Shown piece by piece: positions 14,641 to 28,850 of a stretch of DNA of 64,000 bases (positions are counted from its first letter, which is position 1; the number at the start of each line of letters is the position of its first letter). Position numbers and translations under genes: made by a program. The stretch is from Octopus sinensis (taxonomy: Eukaryota), in NCBI RefSeq assembly GCF_006345805.1, contig NW_021837025.1, positions 1 through 64,000 on the forward strand, given 5' to 3'. Under the pieces are notes generated by a model. That model was given only the letters and a program-made list of their open reading frames with translations, had not been told where the DNA came from and ran no database searches.

Positions 14641-15554
14641 TTAAGATTTCTAATAAAATGGTCGGAATTTTGCCTGGATCGTGAGACTCTGTCGTTATTT
14701 TATATTGAAAGTTAGTTTAACCAAAAAAATTTTTAATAGTTTAAAATAGTGGCGAGATTTAGAATTAGCCTAGCAATAAAGATTTTTTTCGAAATTTTTG
14801 ATTTTTGAAAGAATATTGAAAGAAAAAGAATCATTTGAAGGACCATTTCCATATTATATATTCCACATTTAATTGATTAACTTGTCTGTAAATCCATAAA
14901 GACGTCCACAAATAAATAAGAATTATTTTTTAATATACAAATAATAAATAGCTTTTAATCAGTTTTAGGGATACCACAAAATTCGACATATTTTGTGAGA
15001 GAAAAATTTCAATTAGTTGTTATGAAATATTTCTTATTATTCAATTTTTCGACATAATTGGAGTTGTAAAGAATGAAATAATTATTTTGTGATATCAATT
15101 AGTCTTTATTAGCAGATGTTTTGGGATACTAAAATTGATTTTCTTTTTTTGTTAATGGACTGATATTGCCATGTAATAGCATGATCACATGTTAAATGAC
15201 AGCTGCGAGTACGAGAGATTACATATTTGTACTTCTGATCATTTTGATATAAAAAACCATTGTTTTAAAAACAAGGTTTAGCAATTGAAAGATAATATTT
15301 AGTTGGAGCAAAAGATTAACGAAAGTGACCGTTGTATAAATAGGCTTCTACGAAACCTGTCGATTGGTATTATGGAAAAAGATGACGAGGCTGCCAGACG
15401 TGAATAAACACCAAAAATAAAGGCCCTAAGACGATCTGATAACAAAGAGGTCTCCCATAGCCTATTCTTCTGAACGGGATACTTTCAATTGAAGCGACAC
15501 TTGTGACGTAATTAAATTGTTTATAAATATAATTTGTCGTTAATTTGTGTATAT

Positions 15555-16110
15555 ATGAGTAATTCCGAAGAAGATGGACTGGAGGGCATTTCTCTTCTTC
15601 TGAGGGCTGCTGAATACCTTGATAGAGAAGATGCCATGAACTGTTTGTTACGTAATGGCATAACTGTTTTTAGCCGCTGAAATGAACCTTCCGAACGATA
15701 TTCGAGACGCTAGAATGGATATTTCCCCTCCCCTTTCTGCCAAGTTATGTAACCAATTCAAGTCGATTAGGGATTCACATTGTGAAATGGAACGACACAG
15801 GAGGCAAAGTATGAAGAGGAATTTGAATTTGTTACACGAGTGTCTTCCACCTGGTTCTATCATGGAGAGGCCTACTATGTTGTCTATTATCAGCAGCACA
15901 ACAACCCACATTCATGTTTCCTGTATTTGTTCACTGTTTCAGGAATTGACTAAAGCGTGTATAAAAAAGTATGAAGAATATGTCGAAGTAAAAAAAAGAT
16001 ATGGAGAGGCATGTCAAAGAAACTTGGAATATATTGAGAATCCTCCAAAATCCGACCTGCCAGAGACCGGCGAATCTTTGAAGCCTGATAGTGCGGATAA
16101 ATCCAATTGA
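15555..16110 (+). CDS. MXD: MAD/MXI1-family bHLH-Zip transcriptional repressor
   Basis: N-terminal SID-like ISLLLRAAEYLDRE, basic-HLH RDSHCEMERHRRQSMKRNLNLLHECLP...RPTMLSIISSTTTHIH, then a coiled-coil tail. Mini-introns present (e.g. 15916-15942). Confidence 0.75.
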
Positions 16111-17059
16111 TATGTTTTTTTTAAATTATTTTTTGCATATTATTTGATTTTGATAAACATACTTTATCGGCTAGTCGATAAATTGTAGAATTCTTGACGT
16201 ATTTTCGTGATTTTATTATTTTTGGATGATTTTCGATTTGCTAATTATGTTCAACAGTTTTTTGCATAGATAAAAGAATCAATTCTCTTATATATATTAT
16301 TGAATCTTGGAATAACAAATTTAATTGTTTTGAGCAGATTACTCAGTTCTCGTTTGTTATAATTAATTACTCAATAATCAATACCAAATCCATTAAATTA
16401 TTATGATTTCCGTAGAAACCATTGATATTTTATACTTCTTAAGATTGTCCTAACTGGAAATTTCTATTTGGGAGAAATATATTAGAACAACTGCCAATCG
16501 ACTAAAACATAATTAAATAATCAATATATTGCTTATACTGTGACCGGCCATTTTTTACAATTAAAAAAAATAAATTTAACCTTTTTATATTGGATCCTCT
16601 ATAATCTGAATAGCAGCCGTTAGACGGCTCTTTTCAAACTGTGCAAAACGCACTAAGTTTCAAATTTATTTATACCTGCTCGTTATGAACTCAACTTTAA
16701 CCATAAGGTTCAACTCATAAAGGGCTATCAATCCACACCCAGGTTAACACAAAAAGACTTAAGACTAAGCGTATTTTGATCTTGCTGATGTTGACATCTG
16801 GATTCGACGTGTTACTTTCCTCAGCATTCTCGGAAACGAACTGATGAGTCTGATTATTCTAACGACTACTTGCAAACAGCTAAATTGACTCGCATAGATC
16901 TCCCTTGCATGGAGGACCCATCTTTTCTTCCGACAATGATGATTGTTAAATAAAGCAAACTTTAAACAGTTTTTTCTAACACATTTTCTTAATAAATTTT
17001 GATAAATCTCAAAACCTTGATAAACCAGACTTCTTTATAAACTAAACGATTTTCATGGT

Positions 17060-17350
17060 TCAGTTTAGACAGGTCAGTCCCACCCTGAACGGGAATAAAG
17101 TCGACAGAGCGTTTTCCATCTCCACATTCCAGTCAAACCGGTTTTAATATTGAGGGGAAGCAAGCGGGCGCTTCAAAACATTATTTAATGAGACGTGTCT
17201 GCGGATCCTGCCGGGACTGAGGCGACAAGAGACAGGGTGCAACCCTATCCTGTCAATTAGTTTACCACATCTACACGACGGTCGTGAAACGAGCTGGCTT
17301 TTCCAACGGATAGCCTGACCATTTAAATTAGCAAACAGTTCTCTCATGTT
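17060..17350 (-). mobile_element. CRE-like retrotransposon zinc-knuckle/RLE fragment
   Basis: CRCGKLIDRIGLHPVSCRLSPGRIRRHVSLNNVLKR parallels CRCGASIDQFGLH in the 43.3 kb copy. Confidence 0.7.
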
Positions 17351-17614
17351 CTTAACTTTTGGAGAAAATAATATTTGTCAAAAAAAGTTAACAAATGACG
17401 GTACACAGGAAGTTTTCAGTAAAACAGTCGCAAGGATTGAACAATACAAAATTCTTAGTTCCAACTCAAAGTACATCATAGAGGCTGTGATTACTGAGTG
17501 AGTCTATTTTTGAGACACCCAAGCACACTTTGGGAACCACTGCCAGAACTAATTTTATCTAAAATAGAGATTTGATTGAAAATATCACAATAAAACAAAA
17601 GTATATAAGAATAG

Positions 17615-20600
17615 TCACACAAGTGAATTAAAAGAATCACCCAATCGAATAAGTGATTGGAAATGAAGAGGCAGACCAGAACGTCTATGACTAGTAACGA
17701 GGTCAACATCCAGCCATGAAAGTGCATTATACTGTTCAAGAACATATCTCAGAGTGTCCGTCGTCTTGGCCGAATCCAAAGGGTGGTCAGAAGGAGATCT
17801 CGAAGAAATGAGTTCTGCTTCACTCTGATATATCTGGGACTGTGTAAAATGCAGTCCAGCCCACAAAACACAGGCACACCCAGCCGGAACTCTCTCAGTG
17901 TCATAGAATCCGTGGAATGTCTCCACTCGAGCAGTGGTCACGTAATATCCCACAGCCAACGGTTGCTGTTCCAAAACAAAATTGTCACTGATAGGCTCAT
18001 CCAAAGGTTTTGGGGAGGGAATGTCCACGCACATCCCAAATAACTCTTCCATGATGTTCATTCCCCCCTCGGGCACAGCAGGCTGCAAATCACGGCTAAC
18101 AACCAACCATTGACTGGGCACTCATCGGGAAGACAGCAATATGAGTGGTGTCCCCCGTCGTGGAGAGGGGACTATTATTCTCTGTAATTGACAATCCTTG
18201 GTTAACCTTGAATGTCGCAATACACTTGCAAGTGTGGATGTTGATAGACCGACACAAGACAAACACTCAGGAGAGCAGGCAACTCATCGGGAGGCATGAC
18301 ACTGCATAGTTTGCAACACACTCTCATCTGGTGACCCATTCTCCTCACATTCCCCCGATTGACAAGCCTTGCCCATGCTGAGTACTCAACCCACCACAAC
18401 CTTTCAATTCCTCGTGTCCAATCCGCCCCATTTTCGAGATTACCAATCTCCAAGGACGGGCACTCCTCGAAATGGCAGTCTGGACAAACGCCCACAGCTT
18501 GGCCAAAGACTGGTCGATGACAGCCACATGAGTGCAATCCAACCCATCTGCGCAGTTTATATTTATTATATTCCGCTCGAGCATTTCCCCTCGTTCGTCG
18601 CAAATAGTCGCAAACAAGGCGTCCTGATCGGGCGACAGTGAATAGGCGCAGTACAGAGTGAATGAACTTGTCTCCGCCGCACTCTCATTCAGAATGGAAA
18701 TCAAGTCAGTCTTGGAGGGACTGGGGGACAGAATGAATGGTGGTGTGTGACTGATGTGTACAGGACAGTTCTTTATTACACAGGACTAACTAACCTTCTT
18801 CCTCACAGTCAAATCCTTCAATTCCTCGGACATGACAAGTCCACTAAACGAGGGCGGGAGAAAGTAGTGCTCGATGGCCATCCCCAGTTCGGAGTACACG
18901 GAAAAAACCAAGTTCATCATTTTTTTATTCCGAGCAAACTCGACTGTGTTGAATTGAAGAATCTCCTTTCTTTCAATGAACTACAAATGATGGGGCAATG
19001 ACCACCTTCACACTCACTCTTCTAGAACACTCATTCATTTGTCTGCTCAGTTCCTGCAGAACATTGCCCACACAGTCCGCGTTGTCCTCGATCACATAAA
19101 TAACCAAATTGGTGACTAAAATGATCCGAAATGTAAAACCATTTGATGAGGTGTTGCCCAGTATTTTCTTCAGCATGGGTGCTACAAATACATTTAAATA
19201 GGGCAACCCACGATCAATGTCATTATTTTCACATAGGCAGTCCATTTCCAGTCTCCCCTCACTTCCTCTGTTAGCGGCACGTCCCCGAACTGAGTGTCCT
19301 GGTCAAACGTGACCATTTCATTGGAAAAGTCTCCATTCACTGGCTCGTGAACGCCCATATTCATTTTGACAAAGAACATGTTGAAACAGTCGAAGAAGGC
19401 ACGCAATTTGTCACTCATTCCCCCACCATTCGATGCCAACACAATATAATTGACACGCGGCCTCCACTTGGGGGACAAATAGGGCGACAACTGGAATTTG
19501 TCCCACATGGGGAGAGCGTAAGGAGAATAGGCGACAAAACTGGCGAGTGGGGCAGAATAACTCATCAGACGGGGAATTGACTGGACTGTGCTTTGATCTT
19601 TTGCCGACATTGTCTGGCAGAGCAGGCTCCAAGTCAGCTTGCGGACGTGGATTGGATTCAACACTACATTTGTGTCAAAGAGCTCCTCCAATCCACGCAT
19701 GAGACTCATCACCTCGACACAACTCACACTCTCATTTGGGAGTTGGAATAGACAAAGCGAGGCCATAAACTCATCCAGCCACAATTTGTCTATTTGTCCG
19801 GCCACATCAAACAAAATGGAGTTGTGGACACTTTCCATGTACTCCTGGAGACTGGACTTGTCAATACGACGACTTGTCTTGGGAGGGAACTCGTTTCCGT
19901 GAGCACAGAGGGTTGCTATTGCCTTGGTCCGTTCAGTCCACTTGCGTGGCTCACATTCATTCTTTCTAAATTGAGTGTGGGTGACTGACTGAGTGAGGAG
20001 GACTTGATCGACGTGGAACATGCCCGAGCCCTCAGCCTGCATTCGATTGGCCGCCGCACTGAACCCACAGGAACAGGGAAACACCCTCCCGGCTGGGGTG
20101 AGTCTGGCAATGTAGGAAGTGTGCCACGACGACTTGATGCTCATATTGCACACACAGAGGGAACACATGTCAAAATTGACATCCGTCAGCAGAGTGAACA
20201 GGAATCCTGCAACCCCACCATGGCCGAGAACAGTCCATTCGCCAACATATAAGTAGTCCTACTGTCCGAACAAGTGCCATTTTGCCCGTTTTCTACCATT
20301 TTTGGTGGGAACACTCTTGGAGGATTCTGTCGGCCATGCACTAATTCTGTCTGTCTGAGAGTATAAATAACACTCAACCTCCTGGGAGAGACTGACTGGG
20401 GAGGCGTTGTCACCAAACGACTGTAGACAGGGAGACTGGAATTGCACTCCAAGGAGTAGTCGCTCGAGTAGAGAGAAGAGTGTAAACAAAATCGTGTTGG
20501 AATTGAAAGAACGACGCCAGAGGGACCTGATTGGTGGATAGTAATGACAACTTAAAGTCGAAAAAGTGCATTTGAAGGCATTGGACAGAGCAATGTCCAT

Positions 20601-21836
20601 CGAATTTATCAACGTTGGCTCTTTCGCTGGCTTTGTAGACTCGAGTTTTTTATTCGTAATTTTGACCAGTCGTGGCTTTATACGAATCGAGCGGAATGAA
20701 ACACTCCCCTCGGCCTTGTCGGGGAATTGTTGCTTTTTTGGCGTCAAAACATGTGTGATTTTGAGCCCCCTTCTGGCTGATTTAGCATGTTTGGGAACAC
20801 GGGAGGTGGACTTGGCGACCCTGAGAACAGTCCTGCACCCCCCGCACTCACATTTGTCACTGAACACACGGAACTCCCAATCCGGGTGGGTGGGAGAGGC
20901 CTTCTCTTCCGTCGGGGGGGAATCGCCCATGAAGAGGACAAGGGCGGCGTGGTGGACCAACTGGACATTATTCCCTGCAATAAAAGAACAGGCAAACCTA
21001 TTTTGATGTCCAAGAACACTCGATCGTTGGCATCGAAGAATGTTTTGGGGAGATTAAAGTGGTTAAGCCAGTCAATTTGCACAGACAGCATGTAGTTATC
21101 AGACAGACGACTGACCGAGCCAGTAAACGTGCCCACAATTCCCCAGGGAGCCAACACAACTACAAATAAGACAGAAAGGCAACCCCTTCTGCCACTCAAC
21201 TGCTTGTAGTCCTGTTTTTGTGGAATAAACAGCCTCTGACAGCGTGTGGTGTGGATGACTGCACAGACAGTGGTCCCTTGGAGGAAAAACCTGAAGAAGA
21301 ATGCGAAATGTCTACAAATACTCCAACAAGACAACAAGTTTGAATGTGGGTCAACAAAGCACGTCCCAACTCGTATATATTTGTGGGCCAGTGCTCTACA
21401 AATAGCACACTCGAGTACTTTTCGAAGGCATTGTGGATGGCTCGATAGAACATGAGGAGAGCGTCATAGGACATGCCCTGTTCCCAACTGCCTTCAAGCA
21501 CTACAATGGGGGACTGGCACAACCCTCCAGTTGTTCTCCCAACGTGGAGGCCATCGAGGGCACATCGTTGCTGTACCAGAACAGCCACAGTTCGTAGTTC
21601 TTCCAATTATCGACAGGAATGCGTCTCCAGGCAGCGAGGAGGTTGTTCTTTCGACTGTGGGAGTAGGCCAAGATCACTGGGTCTTCCAGGATAGTATAAT
21701 TCGAGGGATTTGGATTGGTGTATCTTTGCCAGCGAAGGTTGTCAAGTTCCGTCTGAGGTTAAGCAACACGACAGACTAGGGATAAGACATTTGTCAGGCA
21801 GTTTTCGAGACTACCGTAAAAGCAACTCCTATTCAT
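17615..21836 (-). CDS. MED13: Mediator subunit MED13 (CDK8 module), many mini-introns
   Basis: N-terminus SLENCLTNVLSL|TELDNLRWQRY (intron 21753-21776); YSPYALPMWDKFQLSPY; YCAYSLSPDQDALFATICDERGEMLE; WRLVISKMGRIGHEELK; C-terminus HPLDSAKTTDTLRYVLEQYNALSWL...RRSGLPLHF. Confidence 0.9.
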
Positions 21837-22604
21837 TCGCGGACACAAGATTATTTTGTTTTGATTTCAAATATTAATTTATTTATAATCTAAACATATC
21901 ATTAAATAAATAAACTAATTAATTACCTAATTAAATACTCAGCCTTCAGAGTGGACCATCATCTACTTTTAAGAGTTTTTTCAAAACTAGTTGACTACAC
22001 CTAAGACTTTTTTAATTGCCTAAGTAATGTTTAAAATTGGCTAACCAATCTGTCCTGTCGTATGAGCCCTAGTCTGTCTATATTATTATTTAAACAACAA
22101 AAGAAATTAAGATTAACTATGCGATTGGGTAATGAGTCACATTTTCAGTATTTTGTACTTTCTGCTTCACTAAGAAATTTGTCTTTGCTTTGCAATTTTT
22201 AAAGCAATTAACCGAATTGTTTTCTTAGTCAGTCAATTGTGCGTGAACTCTCCTCTTGAAAACTTTTTGTCTTGTCTAACAAGTTGGTGATGATTACACT
22301 TTCATCAACAAACATCCACCTAGTAATATTGACTCCACCACATGCTTGTAGATACAAAGTTTTCGCATCCGTGTTTAAATGACCTTAATTTTAAGTAGCT
22401 TCCCATTATTCTGAAATGCCCCTGAGTGCCTCGTCACGTAAGAGTTACCAGTTCTTAAGAAGCTCTGTCCAATTTCGAAGTGTTCATTGCAGTCTCACGG
22501 TGGAGTTAAAAAAGCCCATCCTACGTGATCTCCCTGCTCAAAACCATCACTGTTAATATACTCTAGCTGAATAGACAGTACACAAATCATTCCATTATTT
22601 AAAC

Positions 22605-23405
22605 CAGGTGTTCTCAACCGGGGGCGAATCGCCCCCTAGGGGCGAAAATTTTGTACAGGGGGGCGATAATATATTTAATAACATATTCGAATTTTAATAT
22701 AATACAAGTATTTATACATGTTAATTTTAATAATGTTTCAGATTTCAGATTTATTAATATTTTTTCTATAGTGTTAATCCTTAAATTTTATATTTAAAAT
22801 CTCTTAGATTCAAAGATTTGTTTGATTTGGAATTTGAAGCATGGATGATTGATCCGTTTTCATGTGTGCCAGAAGATATGAACGAAACAATCCAAGAAGA
22901 GATAATTGAATTGAAATATAATGAAGAATATATTCACAGATTTCAACAGGATGGTATCTCTAAATTTTGGCAATCAAAGATCTACAAATGAATTTCCAAA
23001 TTTATGGAAGGAAATGAGTAATGTACTATTGACATTCCCTACCACTTATTTAGTTGAAAGTGGATTTAGTTTTGTCAATCATAATACACAATGTGAAAGA
23101 AATAGACTGCAAGTGTGTTAAGAGGCGATATACGCCTAAAGTTGAGCAGAATTAACCCGACATAGAATATTTAGCGAGTAAACATCAATATCAAGGGTCT
23201 CACTAATAATTTTTAATAAAAATTCAATTTTTTACATTTGATTTATTATTTTATATTTTGATTTTTGAGTTATATACAAAAAACAACCAATAAGGGACAA
23301 TGCCAAAAATTTTTAAATTGTATGTGGACAAGGGGGCGATAAAATTTCAAAGGGGGCGACAAAATATCTAAGGGGGCGATGAACAAAAAAGGTTGAGAAT
23401 GCCTG
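22605..23405 (+). mobile_element. hAT (Buster/Charlie-type) internal deletion derivative
   Basis: TIRs caggtgttctcaacc / ggttgagaatgcctg; 8-bp TSD atttaaac (22597-22604 and 23406-23413); dimerisation-domain remnant LLTFPTTYLVESGFS. Confidence 0.9.
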
Positions 23406-24064
23406 ATTTAAACAATGTGCAAAGTACTCCGTCTGTAATTAATTGTTTTACTATCTTTAGGTTTTGGGATTATTCATACAACAGTTTGCTTCCAGTCTAT
23501 AGGTCCACTTGAATGTAAAATCTCACATATGTTAGAAAATAATTCTCCAGTGTGTTCTTGTAAGCTTTTATTGCAATCAGTCATAACAATGTGCATTATT
23601 TTTGCACGTTCTGGTCGCACTGACTCTATTTTAAAGATTATTGAAGAAAACTTTGGACCGTTCGAAAATGTGTTGCATTTATAGCAAACATTCAGCTCTA
23701 AATTATATGTGCGATTCAATTGCAGAACGTCCAATTTTTTAAATAACGCTTATACTTTGTCGATTAGTTAAATTGCAAATTATGAAATTCACCTTGCGAA
23801 TTATAAAATTAAAGTTGTTTTGGTATAGTATTATTTCCCCACCATTGTTTCGATGGTTGTTTAACTACAACTTCCCATACCTTTGCGTGGTATTAAAATA
23901 ATTAAAAATCTATATGATTGAATTTATTTAATTATATAAAATAACGATATTTTGAATAATAATAATTTAATTAATTATAAAATAAATATCTATTTTTAAT
24001 ATCTTTGGTTAGATCGATTTATTATCGTTAATTACCATAAATCAGCACCTAAAATCACACCCAA

Positions 24065-26051
24065 ATGCATTATGTGAACAATATATTCTCAAATGTACGT
24101 GGATTATACAACAGATTCAACTCCACGCCAACAAGTGGGGCAATCGACATAATTGTGATCGAACAACATGACGGCTCCTTTGCATCCACCCCTCTCAGGA
24201 TAATATTCGGAATGATGCAAGTTCTCAAGCCTCAAGACCAACACGTTCTCTCCCTTTTACCCACATTCCAGATCGACGTCCAAATCAACGGCGCCCCAGT
24301 CAAATTGGACCTCCGACTGAATCAGTTCGGCCAAGTTTACTGGGAGAAGGAGGAAGAACACACCCTCAGCAGAAGCCTTTCCACGGGAACACTCGGTGAC
24401 CTCACTCCCCCATTTTAGACTTGCTGGTTTCGAAGGACGACGGAATAGTCCGCCAACACAGTTCTTCCCAGTCGAATTTGCACTGTGACCTATTTCCCAC
24501 CCCCCAAATGGATAACCCCCTCTTCCTGTCAGAGGTGGTGGGTGACGAGGACAAGTGTGTGCAGTACTTGGGACACTCCGAGTTGGCAGTGGAGTCGGCA
24601 CTTATGCGGGGGAGTGAGGTCGAGCAAGTACTTCCCGGACTGCAAATGTCACTTTGTGGGGATTTGGAGACCACCGACGACTCCCTCGCTTTGAGGAGAT
24701 TCAACGAGCATTTGGTTGCCTGGGAGGAGTACAGCAAGTCCCCCTCCTCTCTCCTCAACAACAAGAAACTTGTCTTTTTATTCGAAGGACGGTTGGGCTG
24801 TCACTTCATGTCCCAGTTTTCACACGTGGAACTCAATCCATTTGGTATCCCTTTCCGTGTTTGGGGCGCGTCTCCCGCAGGTTGGTCTGCCCACACACCA
24901 CAGGAGGTGATCAAGTCACTCAACCGCTACCCCCCCAAGTCTAAGCGGAGTCTAGTAAAGAATATCATTTTTGGGAGAAATGAGAACAGGTACAGTTATT
25001 CCCACATCAATAAAACACTCTCCACTTCCCCCGTGGTTTGTCTGTTCTAACAATTCCAGAGGTTTGCCGACTCCAGCACGAGTGATTTCACCAACAGTGA
25101 CTCGGAAATGAATTCCCCGCGCAAATCTTATTCCCTGAAGGCGGGAAACCTCTGTGATCGGCCTTGTCTTTTGAGTTCCGAGATCATTGTGATGGCAAAG
25201 TTATATTTTGGTAGAGACAAATGAATTTGAATCCCGGCTGCAATCAGGCCACGTTTTCGGTGACCACGGCATACCAAGGCACGTCCACGGTGAGATGTCG
25301 AATATTCCGTTGGTCGTATAAGGATAAATTGGTGGTCTCGGACATTGATGGGACGATCACCAGGTAGTGGGCAAGCTGTATTTCAGGACTGATGTGTTTG
25401 GACAAGTCCTGCCCTATTTGGGAATGAATTGGTGCCACAAAAACGTGATTCAGTTATTTCGGGCCATCAGCGACAACGAATACAGAATAGTTTATTTGTC
25501 CTCCCGCTCCATTGCCCAGTCGGCTTTGACCACTCAGTTCATCTCCAGTGTGCGGGAGGACGGGGTTGCTCTCCCGACTGGCCCAATCATGCTCTCCCCT
25601 TTCGGATTATTAAATGCTTTTAACAGGTGGGCTGTCCTATTGACTACAATTAGGGAGATTATTCACAAGTGCTCGCAAGAGTTTAAAATTAGTTGTTTAA
25701 ATGAGATTGTGGGCTTGTTTCCCGATGAGGTCTCCAATCCCATCGCAGGGGGATTCGGCAACCGTGATACTGTGGGAGTTGTGTTGTGAATTGTGTAGGA
25801 CGAAGAGACATACCGTGCTTTGGGACTCCCCTCTACACGGATCTTTATAATTGACCACAACAGTAAGGTTGTGATTCCCAATAGTGTCAAGTTGTCTACC
25901 AGGTAAGGGGTTCTTAACATGTAGTTATACGACGGTGAAGGAGCACGTCGATTCCTTTTTCCCTTCATGTCGGAGACCTGATGCTCGACGGGGGGTCGAG
26001 GAATTCAGTTCCACCGATTATTGGAGGCTGCCTTTACCCAGAATTGGTTGA
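24065..26051 (+). CDS. LPIN: Lipin (phosphatidate phosphatase)
   Basis: N-LIP MHYVNNIFSNVRGLY...SGAIDIIVIEQHDGSFASTP; middle RFHTWN; C-LIP with intact VVSDIDGTIT, YLSSRSIAQ, GFGNRDT; C-terminus VDSFFP...YWRLPLP*. Introns are 23-27 nt. Confidence 0.92.
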
Positions 26052-26326
26052 GGAGTCTTATATTCATTATAATTTTTATAATCTTTGAATAAAATTATTT
26101 TTTTAATAAGAACTGTTCATGAGGTGTATTAATCCTAATATCTTGTCTGGGGGATCACTCAACTATTAATTAGAAATTTAGAAAAGACCACTCTCTCGTC
26201 CTCCTCAATTGCGTAATATTTGGAATGAATGTCGTTTTGCCCAATCTTGAATACCACAATTTACGTAATAATTTTATTCGGTAGAACGAATTGTTATAAA
26301 TTATCCTCTCGATTGTTGTTCTGTTT

Positions 26327-26882
26327 ATGATTTCTATCTGTCTATTGCTTCTCGAGGCAAGTTCATTTCTATTTCACTACGGCCAATCCTGGAATTTCCT
26401 CGGTTTGTCTTCCCGATTGATTTATAGGAAATGATTACTCATATAAACACAAGTTCGTCACTTTGTTTTCTCCAAACTTTTCTCACCCGGCTTTCAACGT
26501 TGAATACAAATTCGTCTTTGAAGAAAATACATTTCAAAGCGTCACCAAATATCGAATTTACAAGAAAAATGACAATTTGATAATCGCAGTGCTGCCCGAA
26601 TACAACAGCAGTGGGACTGTGGATGTTTTCACTTTGGAACCTCGAACTTTTACCAAAAATAGATGGACAAATTGCACGTGGATTAGGAATGAAATAAAAC
26701 AAACCACCCAAATCCGACTCAAAATTATTGAAAGTGGATATAACTTTATATTTCACGCAGAGTCAAAATTCCCCATTTTCAGCATCTGTTTTGTATTGCT
26801 GACTCTGACCCTGTCTATTGGAGCTCAGTTCTTAACCTCCGTGGTACAGCCCGAAATTACTGTCCACGAGTATGTTGATTGA
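26327..26882 (+). CDS. Orphan protein of about 177 aa with a signal-peptide-like N-terminus and a C-terminal hydrophobic helix
   Basis: MISICLLLLEASSFLF..., a 25-nt GT-AG intron (26403-26427) that restores frame into the 139-aa ORF, and C-terminal FPIFSICFVLLTLTLSIGAQFL. No family recognised. Confidence 0.55.
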
Positions 26883-27635
26883 GAAGTTTATTTCTAGCCA
26901 TCTTATACTACTTTCTTCGAAAATCCGGGCTACGTCAAACAACGTCAGACACTGGTATGAGTCAACTGAATTATAATTTTCCATTTCTTTGATTTGTTGA
27001 CTTTGTGTGCTCTAATTTATTTGTTTTTAATCACCACTTTTATCAACAGTAGAGTGAATAAGACCATAAAGATGCATAGTCCATTCTTGCCCTTTTTGTA
27101 TGATATTTGGAACAAGTCAGAATAGCTCCAGTAAAATATATTTGTAAATTAAAATTTTTAATATAATTGGGGAAGAGAGTTTGGTTAAAAACCACAGAGT
27201 CCATTTTCATCGATTTCATGTTGGTTAATATTTGAAATAAATGATCTAGTGTTTCTAAAATACAATAAAGTTGTATTGCCGCACATTTCAAGACATTCGA
27301 CAGCATTCACATCTGCGTCCATCCTCTGCATTTAGTTTCTTAGAATACCTTTTGTGTCAAGCTAGTAATTATTGAAACATTAATAAGAGAATTGGGGACT
27401 TTTTAATGATTTTTATCGATTTATAATGTGTGTAGTTTTACATAAATGCGGTTTTGGAAATTCCTTTCTTCAACCACTACTCACAATTAATCACATAATA
27501 TTGCATTTATTTGATTTTAAATCAGAATACTCCCCATGAATTTTATCATATGATTCAAAAGTTAGATTAAATACAATTAGAAATTACCAGCATTTGTTAT
27601 GGTGTCATACAAAACAAAAATATCAATTTGAAATG

Positions 27636-28571
27636 TCAAGGACACTTATCAGTGGTAGGCATGGGAGTGAAGAGGAGATATAATCCAAAATAATCACATT
27701 GAAAGACACTCAGCTTAGGAATATCAATCACTAATTTTTGTCCTTGACTCGAGTAGAGGGCATAGATGACTTGTTCGTCAGTGGCGATTAGTTTCATCGA
27801 AATCAATTTTTTAAAGAATTCTTCATAAACATTGCAAAATTTCAGCATTGAGTCGACGTGACCGGCCATCATTGCCCCCGAGATCCACGTGCGAGCATTC
27901 TTAATGATGCTTTCGATAGTCTCATCCTTGAAGGGGAATGCCTGAGACATCAATATCCGGCCATTCTCGATATACTGACTATGTTTCAATTCAAAATCCT
28001 CCACAGGAGAGGCGTATCGGAACAGTCCAATGTCCACCCATGCAAAATAGGACGATTCGTTTCCAAAAAGCATAATTGCCCTCCTAACCATATCGTGTTT
28101 AGAATGCATGATTGCCGAATAGTTGTAATTGCCTGTTTCCTCAGGGAAAACTCCAAATCCAGGAAGCTTGAATATTTCTTTAATTTGTTCGATGTTGCGA
28201 AATCCAATCAATTTTCTTCGATCGACAAACATTAAAGTTGTTTTTTTATTAGTCCTTATTGAGGCCATATAATTGAGGACATTTTGATCATCCGAAAAAA
28301 ACACGAGATGATTTTGTAAATACCCAAATTTTTTTATCCATTCATAGTAGTCATTTGGAGTTCTTTCCTTGTTTCCTGGTTTCATGAAGGTTCCGATGCT
28401 GTAATATGCACTAACCAACGTTAAACTTTCTCCGTAGGTCTCGGTGGTTTTTTTTTCCTAAAATAAAATAACAAACACAACTTTTTGTTTTCCATAAATA
28501 ATATAAAAAATAATAATCAGCAGAATCAAAATAATCTTGAATTTTGCTGAATTTGAAATTACTAAAACCAT
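27636..28571 (-). CDS. HtrL/YibB-family glycosyltransferase-like type II membrane protein, paralog 1
   Basis: N-terminal TM segment (IILILLIIIFYII), a 24-nt intron (28458-28481), then TLVSAYYSIG, HLVFFSD, HSKHDMVRRAI, YFAWVDIGLFR, WISGAMMAG, IATDEQVIY. Clear paralog of 60908-61816. Confidence 0.7.
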
Positions 28572-28850
28572 TTTCTAACTAAATTTAAAGCGTTTATTGA
28601 CAGAAAAGAGCTTTATAGTTTGATCGATAATTACGCTACTAAGCAACTTTATATCAGAATGTTCAGTTTGCGGTCATCTACGGCCATTATTTAGTCACTT
28701 TTATTATTTATTGAAATTCCTCCTACTCCGGTTAATAAAATGAATTCCACGGAAACATTGGATATGTTAAAATAAATGTAATCACTGTTCATACCTCAGA
28801 ACACATAAAGAAGTAGTAAAGTGGTTGCATCTAAACTTATTTAAAACAAT

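Noticed and set aside
18300-21780. Numerous overlapping antisense and alternate-frame ORFs (also over BLM, BPNT2, NUP93, HtrL and the LINE)
   Set aside because: They are shadows of GC-rich coding sequence with no recognisable motifs.
27043-27306. 87-aa ORF with faint LRR-like periodicity
   Set aside because: The pattern is too weak and AT-rich to distinguish from chance.
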